Shown here: piece after piece, positions 21,416 to 31,316 of the stretch
Layout: every line of letters starts with the position of its first letter
How positions within the stretch are numbered: position 1 is the stretch's first letter
NCBI GenBank assembly: GCA_023898765.1
Contig: CP060238.1
Span: forward strand, 428,094 to 492,093
Length of the DNA stretch: 64,000 nt
From: Rhodospirillales bacterium
Lineage (GTDB): Bacteria > Pseudomonadota > Alphaproteobacteria > Micavibrionales > Micavibrionaceae
Reading direction: 5' to 3'
Made by a program: the position numbers and the translations under genes
Notes under the pieces: model-generated
Told to the model about the DNA's origin: nothing
The model's database searches: none
Seen by the model: the letters and a program-made list of their open reading frames with translations, nothing else

Positions 21416-22390
21416 TTACGTTTTGTTTAAACCCAAAACCATTCCGGCAAGGCCGCTTATAAAGGCCGGATGAACCGAAACGGCCGGCACGCGGTAAAAA
21501 GCAGGCAACCCGATTTTCCGGGCCAGTTCCTTATATTCAATATCCAGCTCTACCAGCGTTTCCACATGTTCCTGCGTGAAAGAAAGCGGGTAAACCACAA
21601 CCGGAACCCTGTCAGCAGCAGCCTTTCGAAGGGCGTCTTCTATAGACGGCCCGATCCATTTTTTAGGGCCCACACGGCTTTGATAACAAATCTGCCAGTC
21701 CGGATTTTCAATACCTGTTTTTTTTGCGATTGCCAGGGCGCTTTCTTCGCATTGCCTTTGATAGGGGTCCCCTCCTTTGATAATAGATTCCGGCAAACCA
21801 TGGGCCGAAAACAGAAGGCGGGGATTTTGCCGCGTTTCTTTTTTGGCGCGAACATAAACATCCGCAATATTTTCTGCCGCAGCGCCTACAAAACCCTCCT
21901 CCGTATGGTAATGGGTAATTTTTCGCGTCGGAAGGGTTAACCCGGCGTCAAGACACGCTTTTTCCCAGCTTTCAAAAGAAGATTTCGTCGTCGTCGTCGA
22001 ATATTGCGGATAAAGCGGCAAAAGAATTATCCCGTCAGGTTCCCATGCCTGAACCTGCCGGGTGACTTCTTCCGCCATGGGGTGCCAATAGCGCATACAG
22101 GGAAAAACTTTGAAAAAACCGTTTCCCCCTTTTTCATTCAGGTTTTTTTCCAGCGCCGCGGCCTGCGCCTTTGTGTTTTCCAAAAGCGGGGATTTTCCGC
22201 CCAAAAATCCGTAGGCTTTCAAAGCATCCCCCTTGCTGCGCCGGACCGAGATTAACTTTGCAATGACCCAGCGGAACGGAAAAGGAAGACGGATGATATT
22301 TTTATCTAAAAAAAAATTCATCAAAAAAGGCCTGATCGAATCTGTTGAATCCGGCCCGCCAAGATTAAATAAAATAACGGCTGTTTTCAT
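21416..22390 (-). CDS. hemH: ferrochelatase
   Basis: 324 aa. AVILFNLGGPD N-terminus, ...LLFSAHGLP..., ...SFTQEHVETL motifs. Confidence 0.95.
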   Translation of the reverse strand: MKTAVILFNLGGPDSTDSIRPFLMNFFLDKNIIRLPFPFRWVIAKLISVRRSKGDALKAYGFLGGKSPLLENTKAQAAALEKNLNEKGGNGFFKVFPCMRYWHPMAEEVTRQVQAWEPDGIILLPLYPQYSTTTTKSSFESWEKACLDAGLTLPTRKITHYHTEEGFVGAAAENIADVYVRAKKETRQNPRLLFSAHGLPESIIKGGDPYQRQCEESALAIAKKTGIENPDWQICYQSRVGPKKWIGPSIEDALRKAAADRVPVVVYPLSFTQEHVETLVELDIEYKELARKIGLPAFYRVPAVSVHPAFISGLAGMVLGLNKT

Positions 22391-23451
22391 CGGAGCCTAA
22401 AATTCCTGATAATGTCGGCAAGCTGCGTAATATGTTCTGCCGGCGTTTCTTTGATAACGCCATGGCCCAGATTGAAAACGAAAGGACCGCCGGATAAATC
22501 TTCAAGAATTTTTTCCGCCGCGCGCCGCATTTCGTTTCCGCCACTCATCAGATAAACCGGGTCCATGTTTCCCTGCACACAACCATAGGGTTGCAGATGA
22601 TCCCGCGCCCATTGCGCTGGAAGGGCATAATCCACCCCGATGGCATCCACCCCCGTTTGTTGAAGATAGTCTTTGCAAAGGACGCCGCCGCCACGCGGAA
22701 ACCCGATAACGGGAATATCCGGATGGCGTTCTTTCAGGGATGCTACGAGAGATTTCGTCGGACCGATAACATAGGCCCGGAACATCTCCTCATCCAGAAC
22801 ACCTGCCCAGCTGTCGAAAAGCTGGACGGCTTCCGCGCCGGCTTCAATCTGGCGGGACAGGTAATGCAGGCTGGCGCTGGAAATGATGTCGATCAAATTC
22901 ATAAAACCTTGCGGATCCCGCGCCGCCCAGGATTTTGCCAACAGGAAATCGCGGCTGCCTTTTCCTTCCGCCATGTAACAGGCAAGCGTCCAGGGAGAGC
23001 CCGAAAAACCGATAAGAGCGGCATTATCAAATCCTTCTTTTGACAATTTTTCTCTGGTTTTCGAAACCGTTTCATAAACAGGGAAAAGCGTTTCATCTAT
23101 CCGGCCAACATCCAGCTTTTTAAGATCTTCCGCATTCGAAACAGGTTCCAGTCTTGGACCTTCGCCCTCCACAAAACGAACCGGTTGTCCCAGCGCATCC
23201 GGAATAACCAGAATATCCGAGAACAAAATAGCAGCATCCATGCCAAATCGCCGCAAAGGCTGAAGGGTCACTTCCGCCGCTTTTTCACTGTCATAAACCA
23301 GATCGAGAAAACTGCCTGCTTCTTCGCGAACCTTTCTGTATTCAGGCAAATAACGGCCTGCCTGCCGCATAAGCCAGAAAGGAATGCTTTGCGTTTTTTC
23401 TCCTTTCAACGCTTTTAAAATTTGTTTCTGTTTGTCTTTCATGGCAGGCAT
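22387..23451 (-). CDS. hemE: uroporphyrinogen decarboxylase
   Basis: PFWLMRQAGRYLPEY signature. ATGA overlap with hemH. Alternative ATG at 23442. Confidence 0.95.
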   Translation of the reverse strand: MPAMKDKQKQILKALKGEKTQSIPFWLMRQAGRYLPEYRKVREEAGSFLDLVYDSEKAAEVTLQPLRRFGMDAAILFSDILVIPDALGQPVRFVEGEGPRLEPVSNAEDLKKLDVGRIDETLFPVYETVSKTREKLSKEGFDNAALIGFSGSPWTLACYMAEGKGSRDFLLAKSWAARDPQGFMNLIDIISSASLHYLSRQIEAGAEAVQLFDSWAGVLDEEMFRAYVIGPTKSLVASLKERHPDIPVIGFPRGGGVLCKDYLQQTGVDAIGVDYALPAQWARDHLQPYGCVQGNMDPVYLMSGGNEMRRAAEKILEDLSGGPFVFNLGHGVIKETPAEHITQLADIIRNFRLR

Positions 23452-23454
23452 CAA

Positions 23455-23853
23455 AGCAGATCTATTAATATTTAAAAAGAAATAAAAAGAGGTTTTAGAA
23501 GAAGTAGAGGCTGTGAAGATCGGGGATTAGAATCTTTGCAAAATTTTATACACAAGAGAAAAAAACAAAACGTGCAGACATTCCCGCGATTCGCTTTTCT
23601 TCATCTTTCATGAATTCACACACTACAATTTTCATAGATGTCTCTTATGCACAAAGGATAAAACATCAAAAAAAAATTCAAAATTCCGGATAAAGTTTCT
23701 CCCGTTCCTTTCAACAGATTTAGTGAAAAGATTCACACAGGACCATACAGAGAACATCTGGAACGGATTTCATTTTTTCTCGAATAATTCTAATTTGACC
23801 CGAATCGATTCTTTGCTTGCGAACGACCCCCAACCTGCGTCACACTCAGAACC
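23455..23853. other. putative chromosomal replication origin (oriC) region
   Basis: AT-rich 399-bp spacer next to hemE. Two exact TTATNCACA DnaA boxes (TTATACACA 23546-23554, TTATGCACA 23645-23653) plus weaker boxes. A/T-rich tract at 23464-23490. Gene orientation switches here. parAB and parS lie nearby. Confidence 0.5.
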
Positions 23854-24468
23854 ATGTTTCAGGATGCTTATAAAAAACTGGACGAAAAAGCGGCAGAAGA
23901 TCTTTTAAAAAAGATCAATCCGAAGCTGGACATTTCGCCTTTTGATCCAAAGACAACGCAGGTCATGACTTATGACCTGTCATTCTATCCCGGATATAAA
24001 TTTGTCGAAATGACCGATCACAGCATATCTCCACCGGTTCAGGCCATGGCAATTTACAAGGATGAAGATATTCATATTCTGAACTGGAGCAATGAGCCCT
24101 TTTATACTCTAAATGCCAAAGTGCCCATTCATTTGAATGAAGATAATGTTGCCAAATATGTGAAGTTTTTCTTTACCTATGTGCGCGGTCGCCACGGACG
24201 GTTTTTAATCGCCGAAACGGTGGACGATATCGAATGGAAAGAAGATCCGGCACCGGCGGCCAGAAAAGCCATCGGAAAGATGCTGGACGACATTAGAATA
24301 AGTGCCCGTGACGAAGACGGAACTTTTCACTTAAATGCACACATGATGTTCAAAAATTCGCTTTTTCAAAGCACGATTGTTGTTAAACCTGACGGAAGCG
24401 TGAGCCTGATGGATGAAGAATTACTGGTGGAAGATATGCCCGTTATAGATGATACGTTGGGACAATAA
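23854..24468 (+). CDS. hypothetical protein, 204 aa
   Basis: Clean ATG ORF with coding-like composition. No obvious SD and no motif recognised. Confidence 0.5.
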   Translation: MFQDAYKKLDEKAAEDLLKKINPKLDISPFDPKTTQVMTYDLSFYPGYKFVEMTDHSISPPVQAMAIYKDEDIHILNWSNEPFYTLNAKVPIHLNEDNVAKYVKFFFTYVRGRHGRFLIAETVDDIEWKEDPAPAARKAIGKMLDDIRISARDEDGTFHLNAHMMFKNSLFQSTIVVKPDGSVSLMDEELLVEDMPVIDDTLGQ

Positions 24469-24719
24469 ATAAAATTCGAGTGGAAATTAACCAACATTGT
24501 CCCAAAACCTTTCCATTTTTCATAATGTAAATACCCGTTAAGCCTTTCTTAAACCTGGAAAAATTTATCGCAGAGAAGAATCTTTTTATTTTTCCCGCTA
24601 GGAAATCATTAATCTTTTCCGCCCATAATTAGGGAATAGGCGCGTTCACGGCGCGACTCTTTATGAGGAAATTTCTTATAAATTTTTCTTATATGGCTTT
24701 CAGGGGGCATTAGGGACAA

Positions 24720-26006
24720 ATGGGAAAAGAAACGGATAAACCTATGCGAAGATTCAATCCATCTTCACCGGTTCGCATGGCGTATACGCTGAATAATCGG
24801 CAGCCCGTGCTTTGTACGCTCGTGAGCGACCAGCCCTATTTTTATATAGAAGAAGATATTTTTGACGATGATGAGAGCCTCTTTAACGACGGCTTTATGA
24901 GCGAATGTTTTAACGAGCTGGAAGGCGATATTGCGGATCTCAAACATAAGATTGAAGCTTACGAACGCCTGTCTTCAGAATTTACACAGCCCTCCGACCA
25001 GTCTTTTGAGGATTTTCTGGCTGACTCGAACCGAATTTGCGGTGCGTCTAATACGCATGTGGATCCAAAAGCCAAAGCGGAAGAAATCACCGCTGCGTTG
25101 AGGCACAGCCGGATGGCGCAGGCTTTGATGGGATGCGCAGAAGATCACGGCGTTGAAATTATTTGCAGCAACCATACAAAAGAAGCCGCCTATGACAGAA
25201 AATCCGGAAAAATTCTTATCAATCCGGATTTAATACATGAAGACCAGATTTTATTGGCGGCCAGGGAACTGCGGCGTCATTGGCAGTACCGTCAGGGCGT
25301 TTTGCTTCACCCGCTCAGTTTTCATCCGGATCAGGCTATTTTGATTAACCGGGCGCAGCATGCGGATTTGTCTATTTCGATGATCCGTATTGCCTGGGAA
25401 CTGCAACTGGCCGAATATAAAGAAACCTGGAAACGCATCGAAAATTCTTCGCTGGCAGATCTGGGCCGGGCCTTTGCCCGGGAAGCGTTTGTCGATTTTC
25501 GCAGCCTGAATAACGGCGCAGCATGTGCGGCTGTTTTCGAAGCGTGGTTTTTGTCCGAGCGCTGCCGCTACCATGATAAAAAACTGATTCAGATTATGCT
25601 GGCGGATTATCAGGGGCATGTTTTTGGCAGTCAGCAGGCTTCGCGCAATATTTCCATAGATCTTATATGTTCCCTGGGAGAGCAGCCCTTCGGCAAAAAT
25701 TACCTTTCCACCCATGCACAAATGATCCTGTCGGACCCTGTTTTTACCGAGATACGCGATCGGTCCAACGCTAATTTCCTGTGGTTTATCAAGTTCGAGC
25801 AGTCTTTTCGGGAAACGGAACGGCATTTGCAATCCTCCGATATCAAAACCGCCCCTGAAGATCTTGAGGGGCACATAATGAATACTCTTGAGGACCGCAA
25901 TCATGACTCCAACTCCGTTTCGCCCGCTTCTTCGGCAGGCTCAAACTCAAATATCGTCTACGTGTCCTTCGGCGCCCTGCCTGCAAAAAGGGACGAGGTA
26001 TTATAA
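24720..26006 (+). CDS. hypothetical protein, 428 aa (paralog A of a tandem pair)
   Basis: ATG 24720. The central region aligns by eye with the next ORF (RELRRHWQY...RAQHADLSISMIRIAWELQL versus LRTIWHEN...RTRAADADTLTVLVGWELRG). Confidence 0.55.
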   Translation: MGKETDKPMRRFNPSSPVRMAYTLNNRQPVLCTLVSDQPYFYIEEDIFDDDESLFNDGFMSECFNELEGDIADLKHKIEAYERLSSEFTQPSDQSFEDFLADSNRICGASNTHVDPKAKAEEITAALRHSRMAQALMGCAEDHGVEIICSNHTKEAAYDRKSGKILINPDLIHEDQILLAARELRRHWQYRQGVLLHPLSFHPDQAILINRAQHADLSISMIRIAWELQLAEYKETWKRIENSSLADLGRAFAREAFVDFRSLNNGAACAAVFEAWFLSERCRYHDKKLIQIMLADYQGHVFGSQQASRNISIDLICSLGEQPFGKNYLSTHAQMILSDPVFTEIRDRSNANFLWFIKFEQSFRETERHLQSSDIKTAPEDLEGHIMNTLEDRNHDSNSVSPASSAGSNSNIVYVSFGALPAKRDEVL

Positions 26007-26055
26007 TTGCACCGATTCAGAGCAGAATGAATCGTCTGGTGAGGAGTTTTTCGAC

Positions 26056-27102
26056 GTGAAATCAGAGCGCTTATCACGCAAATCCGGTCTCAGGAACGTA
26101 AGTGGAAAATCATTGTTTCCGGAAGGAGACGTTACGATTTTGCCTGCGCCGGTAACGCAGGATTTTGATCTTGTTGAAGAAGAAAACGGCGTCTTCCTCT
26201 CCAATATCGACGGCGCAAATATCAAGGCGTTCAGCAATATTGACGCCCTGCCTTATGCCTTCGAAACCACCCGCGATGTTTTAGACTGGGCCTGTGCCCT
26301 TTTGCATGAGAGTCCTTCGGCGCTTTCCTTTTTAAAGGAAGCGCAGAAGTCGGGATGGCGCGTCCGGTTGGCCGATTTACCGGAGGGCGGGTTTCATCTT
26401 GACACGCAGGCATGCTTACTGGAACTGGATCATGCCGGGTTTTCACCTGCCGTGATCGGACGCAGCGCTCATTTTCGCAACGCTCTCCTTATTTCTTTTA
26501 TCAAGGGTTTGCGCACCATCTGGCATGAAAACCGGCTGGAAGAGCCTGAATATAAATATACACCGGATGCTTTTCTGGCGCTGGAGCGCACCCGCGCTGC
26601 CGATGCGGATACACTGACTGTTCTTGTGGGGTGGGAGTTGCGTGGCGGCGGCTTTCCGGAATGCTGGCGGCAGATTTTAGGCTCGGACGACGGAGATATG
26701 GCGCTGGTTTTTGGTTGCGCCCTGGAGCGGAACCCTTCTTCCCTTTATAACGGAAAGGCGCTGAAAGAGGCTTTTATTCAATGGTATGAAGATGACTTGC
26801 GGGTGAATAGCAGCGATCATGCTGCGCTGGAGCGGCTTGATATGGCCCTCGAATCCTGTAGCGGCGCGGCAGGGAAAGAGCCACTGAAAGCGCGCACGAT
26901 CGAAGACCTTTCCTTGTTGCCGGATGGAACCTTATACCTGCGCGGCATGGGAAGCTCTGTTTTAAAGGCTCCCGCTTTTGCAGGGCTGGATGACCCGATC
27001 AATCAGGCGCATTTATTCCAGATCGTCTATGATACGAACGTCACCATGAGCGGCGGCGTCCCGTTTCGGGATTCCTCTTTGGCCAGAAAGATCTTTCCTT
27101 AA
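26056..27102 (+). CDS. hypothetical protein, about 348 aa (paralog B of a tandem pair)
   Basis: GTG 26056 with GAGGAG 9 nt upstream is preferred over ATG 25888, which would overlap the previous gene by 119 nt. The start is uncertain. Confidence 0.5.
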   Translation: MKSERLSRKSGLRNVSGKSLFPEGDVTILPAPVTQDFDLVEEENGVFLSNIDGANIKAFSNIDALPYAFETTRDVLDWACALLHESPSALSFLKEAQKSGWRVRLADLPEGGFHLDTQACLLELDHAGFSPAVIGRSAHFRNALLISFIKGLRTIWHENRLEEPEYKYTPDAFLALERTRAADADTLTVLVGWELRGGGFPECWRQILGSDDGDMALVFGCALERNPSSLYNGKALKEAFIQWYEDDLRVNSSDHAALERLDMALESCSGAAGKEPLKARTIEDLSLLPDGTLYLRGMGSSVLKAPAFAGLDDPINQAHLFQIVYDTNVTMSGGVPFRDSSLARKIFP

Positions 27103-27155
27103 AGTTTTTACTCCTTTTTGCTTTGCAAAGCCGCATCCGCTGATAGGATAAGGCC

Positions 27156-28025
27156 ATGAATTCTTATAAGAAAAAAGACCCGATCCGCGCTTTTTCGATT
27201 TACCTGATTTCGGATGCAACGGGGACGACGCTGCAAGGCCTGGCGCGGGCGGCTCTTTCCCAATTTGAGGGCATTTATCCGACAGAGCGCTTTTGGCCGA
27301 TGATCCGCTCGATGGCGCAGCTTGACCGCGCTATTGAAGATATCCGTGAAAATCCCGGTCCCGTTCTTTATACGCTGGTGGAGCGGCCTTTGCGTAAGAA
27401 ACTGGAGAGGGTGTGCAATGAGCTGCATGTGCCCTGCATGCCGGTAATGGACCCGATTCTGCGTTCCATGTCGTCTTATCTGGGCTTGCCGACACAAGGA
27501 ATTCCGGGTTTGCAGCATGCGCTGGACGATGCGTATTTCAAACGTATTGATGCTGTCGACTTTGCCCTGAGCTATGATGACGGGCAGGATATTGACGGGT
27601 TGGAAGAAGCGGACGTCATTTTGGTCGGCGTGTCACGCACCTCTAAAACCCCGACATGCATTTTCCTCGCGCGGCGCGGGATCAAGGCGGCGAATATACC
27701 GCTGGCGCCGGGCATACCTTTTCCTGAAAAACTTCTGGGCATGAAAGGCCCTCTTTTTGTAGGGCTGACGGAATCCCCGAAACGGCTGGCCAATTTGCGA
27801 AAAACGCGCCTTCAGGCGGATAAAAACGATCCGCACTATAATGAAAATGCTTATCTGGACGAAGAGGTGATCGAACAGGAAATCCGCAATGCACGCCGTC
27901 TTTTTTCAAAAAACAAATGGCCGGTTATTGATGTGACCCGCCGTTCCGTCGAGGAAACGGCGGCCGAAATTTTTGTTCTGCTTCACAAGCATAAGGAAAA
28001 GAGACAGAAAACGACCGAGGAATGA
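27156..28025 (+). CDS. ppsR: pyruvate,phosphate dikinase / PEP synthase regulatory protein (kinase/pyrophosphorylase, DUF299; RP001 homolog)
   Basis: 289 aa. P-loop-like GVSRTSKTPT. Conserved position beside the origin and upstream of maf. Confidence 0.9.
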   Translation: MNSYKKKDPIRAFSIYLISDATGTTLQGLARAALSQFEGIYPTERFWPMIRSMAQLDRAIEDIRENPGPVLYTLVERPLRKKLERVCNELHVPCMPVMDPILRSMSSYLGLPTQGIPGLQHALDDAYFKRIDAVDFALSYDDGQDIDGLEEADVILVGVSRTSKTPTCIFLARRGIKAANIPLAPGIPFPEKLLGMKGPLFVGLTESPKRLANLRKTRLQADKNDPHYNENAYLDEEVIEQEIRNARRLFSKNKWPVIDVTRRSVEETAAEIFVLLHKHKEKRQKTTEE

Positions 28026-28615
28026 AAACAAAAAAATTCGTTTTAGCGTCCGGCAGTCAGGCACGCATCGAAATGCTCAAACATGCGGGGCTTGCATTCG
28101 ACGTGCATCCGGCAGATCTGGATGAGGCCGGCCTTCAGAAAGAAATGGCCGGGCAACTTCCTGCAAAAGTCGCGGGGGAACTGGCCAGGCAGAAAGCTTT
28201 GACCGTCTCCGGTCGATATCCGGAGGCCCTTGTTGTCGGCGCCGATCAGATACTGGTCTTCGAAGGCGGGATTGTTTCGAAATCGAACTCAAAAGAAGAA
28301 GCCGGAGAAAAACTTCTGGCATTTAAGGGAAAGCCGCACCGGTTGATTTCCGCTGTCAGTGTTTGCCGGGATGGAAAGGAAGTGTGGTCGCACCGGGACG
28401 AAGCGCGGCTTTTTGTAAAAGACTTTGACGATAATTTTCTGGAGGAATATTTGAAATATGCCGGGGATGCCCTTACGGGTTGCGTCGGGGGATACGCGCT
28501 GGAGGGCCTTGGAATCCGTCTTTTCGAAAAGATCGAGGGGGACTATTTCACAATTCTGGGCCTGCCGCTTTTGCCGCTTTTAAATTTTCTAGACCGGGAG
28601 GAGGCGCGCGCATGA
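28022..28615 (+). CDS. maf: Maf-like nucleoside triphosphate pyrophosphatase
   Basis: LASGSQARIEMLKHAGL N-terminus, 197 aa, ATGA coupling on both sides. Confidence 0.9.
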   Translation: MKTKKFVLASGSQARIEMLKHAGLAFDVHPADLDEAGLQKEMAGQLPAKVAGELARQKALTVSGRYPEALVVGADQILVFEGGIVSKSNSKEEAGEKLLAFKGKPHRLISAVSVCRDGKEVWSHRDEARLFVKDFDDNFLEEYLKYAGDALTGCVGGYALEGLGIRLFEKIEGDYFTILGLPLLPLLNFLDREEARA

Positions 28616-29433
28616 GCTTTATCAAAACCGGCGTGATCGGGCAGCCTGTCGCGCATAGCAAAAGCCCCCTTATTCACGGCTACTGGATTGAAAAATACGG
28701 TCTTGCGGGCACGTATGAGGCGCTTGAAATTCCGCCTGAAAATCTGGAAAGCGGTGTCCGGAAGCTTATAGAGGGCGGATATAGCGGATTTAACGTGACC
28801 ATTCCGCACAAGGAATCGATGTTAAGCCTGTGCGACGAACTGGATGAAACGGCGCGCGCCATCGGCGCGGTAAATTCCGTTGTGATAAAAGATAAAAAGC
28901 TTTTCGGGTTCAATACGGATGCTTTCGGGTTTGTGGAAAATATCCGCCGGCATCAACCGGCATTTGATTTTACAGCCGGAGCGGCCGTTGTGCTGGGCGC
29001 GGGCGGCGCGGCGCGGGCGGTCGTTTACGCCCTGTTGCAGGAGGGCGTTCCTGAAATTGTCCTGACAAACCGGACGGAAGAAAAAGCGCGGAAGCTGGCT
29101 TCCATGGCGCCGGAGCGGGTGAAGGTCGCCGATTGGGAAGACAGGGAAGAGGCTTTGAAACAGGCCGCCTTGCTTGTCAATACAAGCTCTTTGGGCATGG
29201 CGGGAAACCCGCCTTTGGAATTGTCTTTGGATTATTTACCGCCCGCTTCCCTGGTTCATGATATTGTGTATGCGCCGCAAATGACGGACTTGCTGACCGC
29301 TGCGAAGGCACGCGGAAATGAAATCGTGACCGGCATCGGGATGCTTATCCATCAGGCGCGGCCCTCTTTTGAAAGCTGGTTCGGTATACGGCCGGACGTG
29401 ACGGAGGAATTGGAAAAACTGGTGCGGGCATGA
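28612..29433 (+). CDS. aroE: shikimate dehydrogenase
   Basis: Start at ATG 28612 (MSFIKTGVIGQPVAHSKSPLIHGYW). NADP site LGAGGAARAV. Confidence 0.93.
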   Translation: MSFIKTGVIGQPVAHSKSPLIHGYWIEKYGLAGTYEALEIPPENLESGVRKLIEGGYSGFNVTIPHKESMLSLCDELDETARAIGAVNSVVIKDKKLFGFNTDAFGFVENIRRHQPAFDFTAGAAVVLGAGGAARAVVYALLQEGVPEIVLTNRTEEKARKLASMAPERVKVADWEDREEALKQAALLVNTSSLGMAGNPPLELSLDYLPPASLVHDIVYAPQMTDLLTAAKARGNEIVTGIGMLIHQARPSFESWFGIRPDVTEELEKLVRA

Positions 29434-30020
29434 TCGTATTAGGGCTGACAGGGTCGATCGGGATGGGCAAAAGCACGGCCGCCGCCATATTGCGCCGGAT
29501 GGGGGTCGATACGCATGACGCCGACGCCTGCGTGCGTAAAGCGCTGGCTCCGGGCGGCGCGGGATTTGAAGAAGTCGCGGTGACGTTTCCGGCCTGCTGG
29601 GATAAAAAGCATCATGTCATCCGGCGGGACATTCTGGGCGAGATCGTTTTCAAAGATGAAGAAAAGCGAAAGAGGCTGGAAGAGATTTTGCACCCGGTCG
29701 TCCGGCAGGATCAGGAAGCCTTCCTGCGGCGGCAGAAAAGCCTCGGGCGAAAGACGGCGGCGCTGGACATCCCGCTTTTGTTCGAAACGGGGGCGCAGGC
29801 GCGGGTGGATTACACCCTTCTGGTCAGCGCCCCGTTCCATGTGCAGCGCGCGCGCGTCCTGGCGCGGGCGGGCATGGACGAAGACAGGTTCCTGGCGATT
29901 ATAAACGCGCAGATGCCGGACGGGGAAAAACGCTGCCGCGCCGATTTTGTGGTAGAAACCGGAATGGGCTATGCTTATACGCAAAGGGCTTTGAAGAAAA
30001 TTTTGAAAGGCATCCGATGA
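29430..30020 (+). CDS. coaE: dephospho-CoA kinase
   Basis: P-loop LTGSIGMGKST, 196 aa. Confidence 0.93.
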   Translation: MIVLGLTGSIGMGKSTAAAILRRMGVDTHDADACVRKALAPGGAGFEEVAVTFPACWDKKHHVIRRDILGEIVFKDEEKRKRLEEILHPVVRQDQEAFLRRQKSLGRKTAALDIPLLFETGAQARVDYTLLVSAPFHVQRARVLARAGMDEDRFLAIINAQMPDGEKRCRADFVVETGMGYAYTQRALKKILKGIR

Positions 30021-30712
30021 CCCGCGAAATTGTTCTGGATACGGAAACGACCGGCTTCGACCCGGAGGAAGGGCACCGTCTGGTCGAGATCGGCTGCGTC
30101 GAGCTGGAAGGGCACATCCCCACAGGGCGCACCTATCACCAGTATATCAACCCGGAGCGCGACGTGCCGGCGGAGGCGGTGGCGGTGCACGGGTTGACGC
30201 AGGCGCGGCTGAAAACGGAGCCGACCTTCGGCGAGATCGTCGGCGATTTTCTGGATTTCATCGGCGAGGCGAAACTGGTCATCCACAACGCCGAATTCGA
30301 TATGAAATTTTTGAACGCGGAGCTGAAGATTTTCGGCTTCCCCCCGCTTCCCTTCCGCCGGGCGGTGGACACGCTGGTGATGGCGCGGGAGAAATTCCCC
30401 GGCTCCCCGGCCAATCTGGACGCGCTGTGCCGGCGCTTTAACATCGACAATACGAACCGCACGCTCCACGGCGCGCTGCTGGATTCGGAGCTTCTGGCGG
30501 AAGTCTATATGGAGCTTCTGGGCGGGCGGCAGCAGGCCCTCGGGATCGAGGAAACCCGCGCAGGTAGCGGGGCGGCGCAAAAAGAGGCCGGGGATGCTTC
30601 GGACGCCCCGGCGCGCCCCGTGCGGGCGGCGCGCTCCTTCCCGGCATCGGCGGAGGAACTGGAAGCGCATCAAAAGATGATGGAAACGCTTTCGGGCGCC
30701 GCGGCGAAATAA
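30017..30712 (+). CDS. dnaQ: DNA polymerase III subunit epsilon
   Basis: Exo I IVLDTETTG, Exo II HNAEFD, Exo III HGALLDSELLAEVY. Confidence 0.95.
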   Translation: MTREIVLDTETTGFDPEEGHRLVEIGCVELEGHIPTGRTYHQYINPERDVPAEAVAVHGLTQARLKTEPTFGEIVGDFLDFIGEAKLVIHNAEFDMKFLNAELKIFGFPPLPFRRAVDTLVMAREKFPGSPANLDALCRRFNIDNTNRTLHGALLDSELLAEVYMELLGGRQQALGIEETRAGSGAAQKEAGDASDAPARPVRAARSFPASAEELEAHQKMMETLSGAAAK

Positions 30713-30763
30713 ATATAGTAATATTGCTTAAGAACCGGACATTGCAAAAACCGGTAAATCGTT

Positions 30764-30860
30764 TTCACCACGAAGCTTAAGAAGCTGATGAAGAAACACG
30801 AAGCCGTTGTTTGAAGAAGAAAAACTTCGTGAAATTTCGTATCCTTTGTGGTCTTCGTGT
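30764..30860. repeat. palindromic intergenic element (CACGAAG ... CTTCGTG type)
   Basis: Two CACGAAG copies (near 30769 and 30797) face two CTTCGTG copies (near 30825 and 30853). Confidence 0.4.
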
Positions 30861-30889
30861 TATAGCCGTTCCGGTTAAGAATCCTGCAC

Positions 30890-30990
30890 TTTGTCATTCC
30901 CCGCCCCCGTTCGTGGCCGGGGGTAAACTCCGGCGGGGAATCCAGGGGAAAAAGCACTGGATCCCCCGGATAAACCGGGGGATGACGGTG
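30890..30990. repeat. nested palindromic (REP/MITE-like) element, GTCATTCCCCGCC type
   Basis: ATTCCCCGCC / GGCGGGGAAT and ATCCCCCGG / CCGGGGGAT hairpins nested between GTCAT and ATGAC ends. Confidence 0.5.
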
Positions 30991-31177
30991 AAGGAGGGTT
31001 AACGTAAAGGCGCGATGCTCTAACCCCCCGGTAATCCTTCGCCCGCCCAGCCGCCGCTTTTCCTTGCGCCAAAGCGGGGCATCGCTGCTCTCTCCCATCG
31101 GGAGAGGGGTTTTTCAGGAGAGGAGCGGCGGATGCGCCTTGAACCGTTCGTGATGCGGGGCCGGCCATCAGGGTGTT

Positions 31178-31316
31178 CCTTCCGTCATTGCGAGGAACTG
31201 CGAGCGCAGCGCGGCAGGACGAAGCAATCCAGAGTTTTTACTGGATTGCCGCGCTCCCGGCTTTGCAGGGCGAAGCCCGCTCCGCCGGGCAAAGCCCTGT
31301 CGCTCGCAATGACGGG
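31178..31316. repeat. palindromic (MITE-like) element with CCGTCATTGCGAG terminal inverted repeats
   Basis: CCGTCATTGCGAG (31182-) and CTCGCAATGACGG (-31315) termini. Inner hairpin GCAATCCAG-N8-CTGGATTGC. Confidence 0.55.

Noticed and set aside
24538-24552. TTAAGCCTTTCTTAA as a CtrA-binding site defining the origin.
   Set aside because: Only one TTAA-N7-TTAA occurs across the candidate origin spacers, which is compatible with chance in AT-rich DNA. CtrA control of the origin is not universal in alphaproteobacteria. It is mentioned only as a subsidiary note.
25888-26055. ATG 25888 as the start of the third origin-interval ORF, which would give a 119-nt overlap with the preceding gene.
   Set aside because: The overlapping portion is Ser/Thr/Pro/Gln-rich and unlike the rest of the protein. 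GTG 26056 has a GAGGAG SD and removes the overlap. The start is kept as uncertain.
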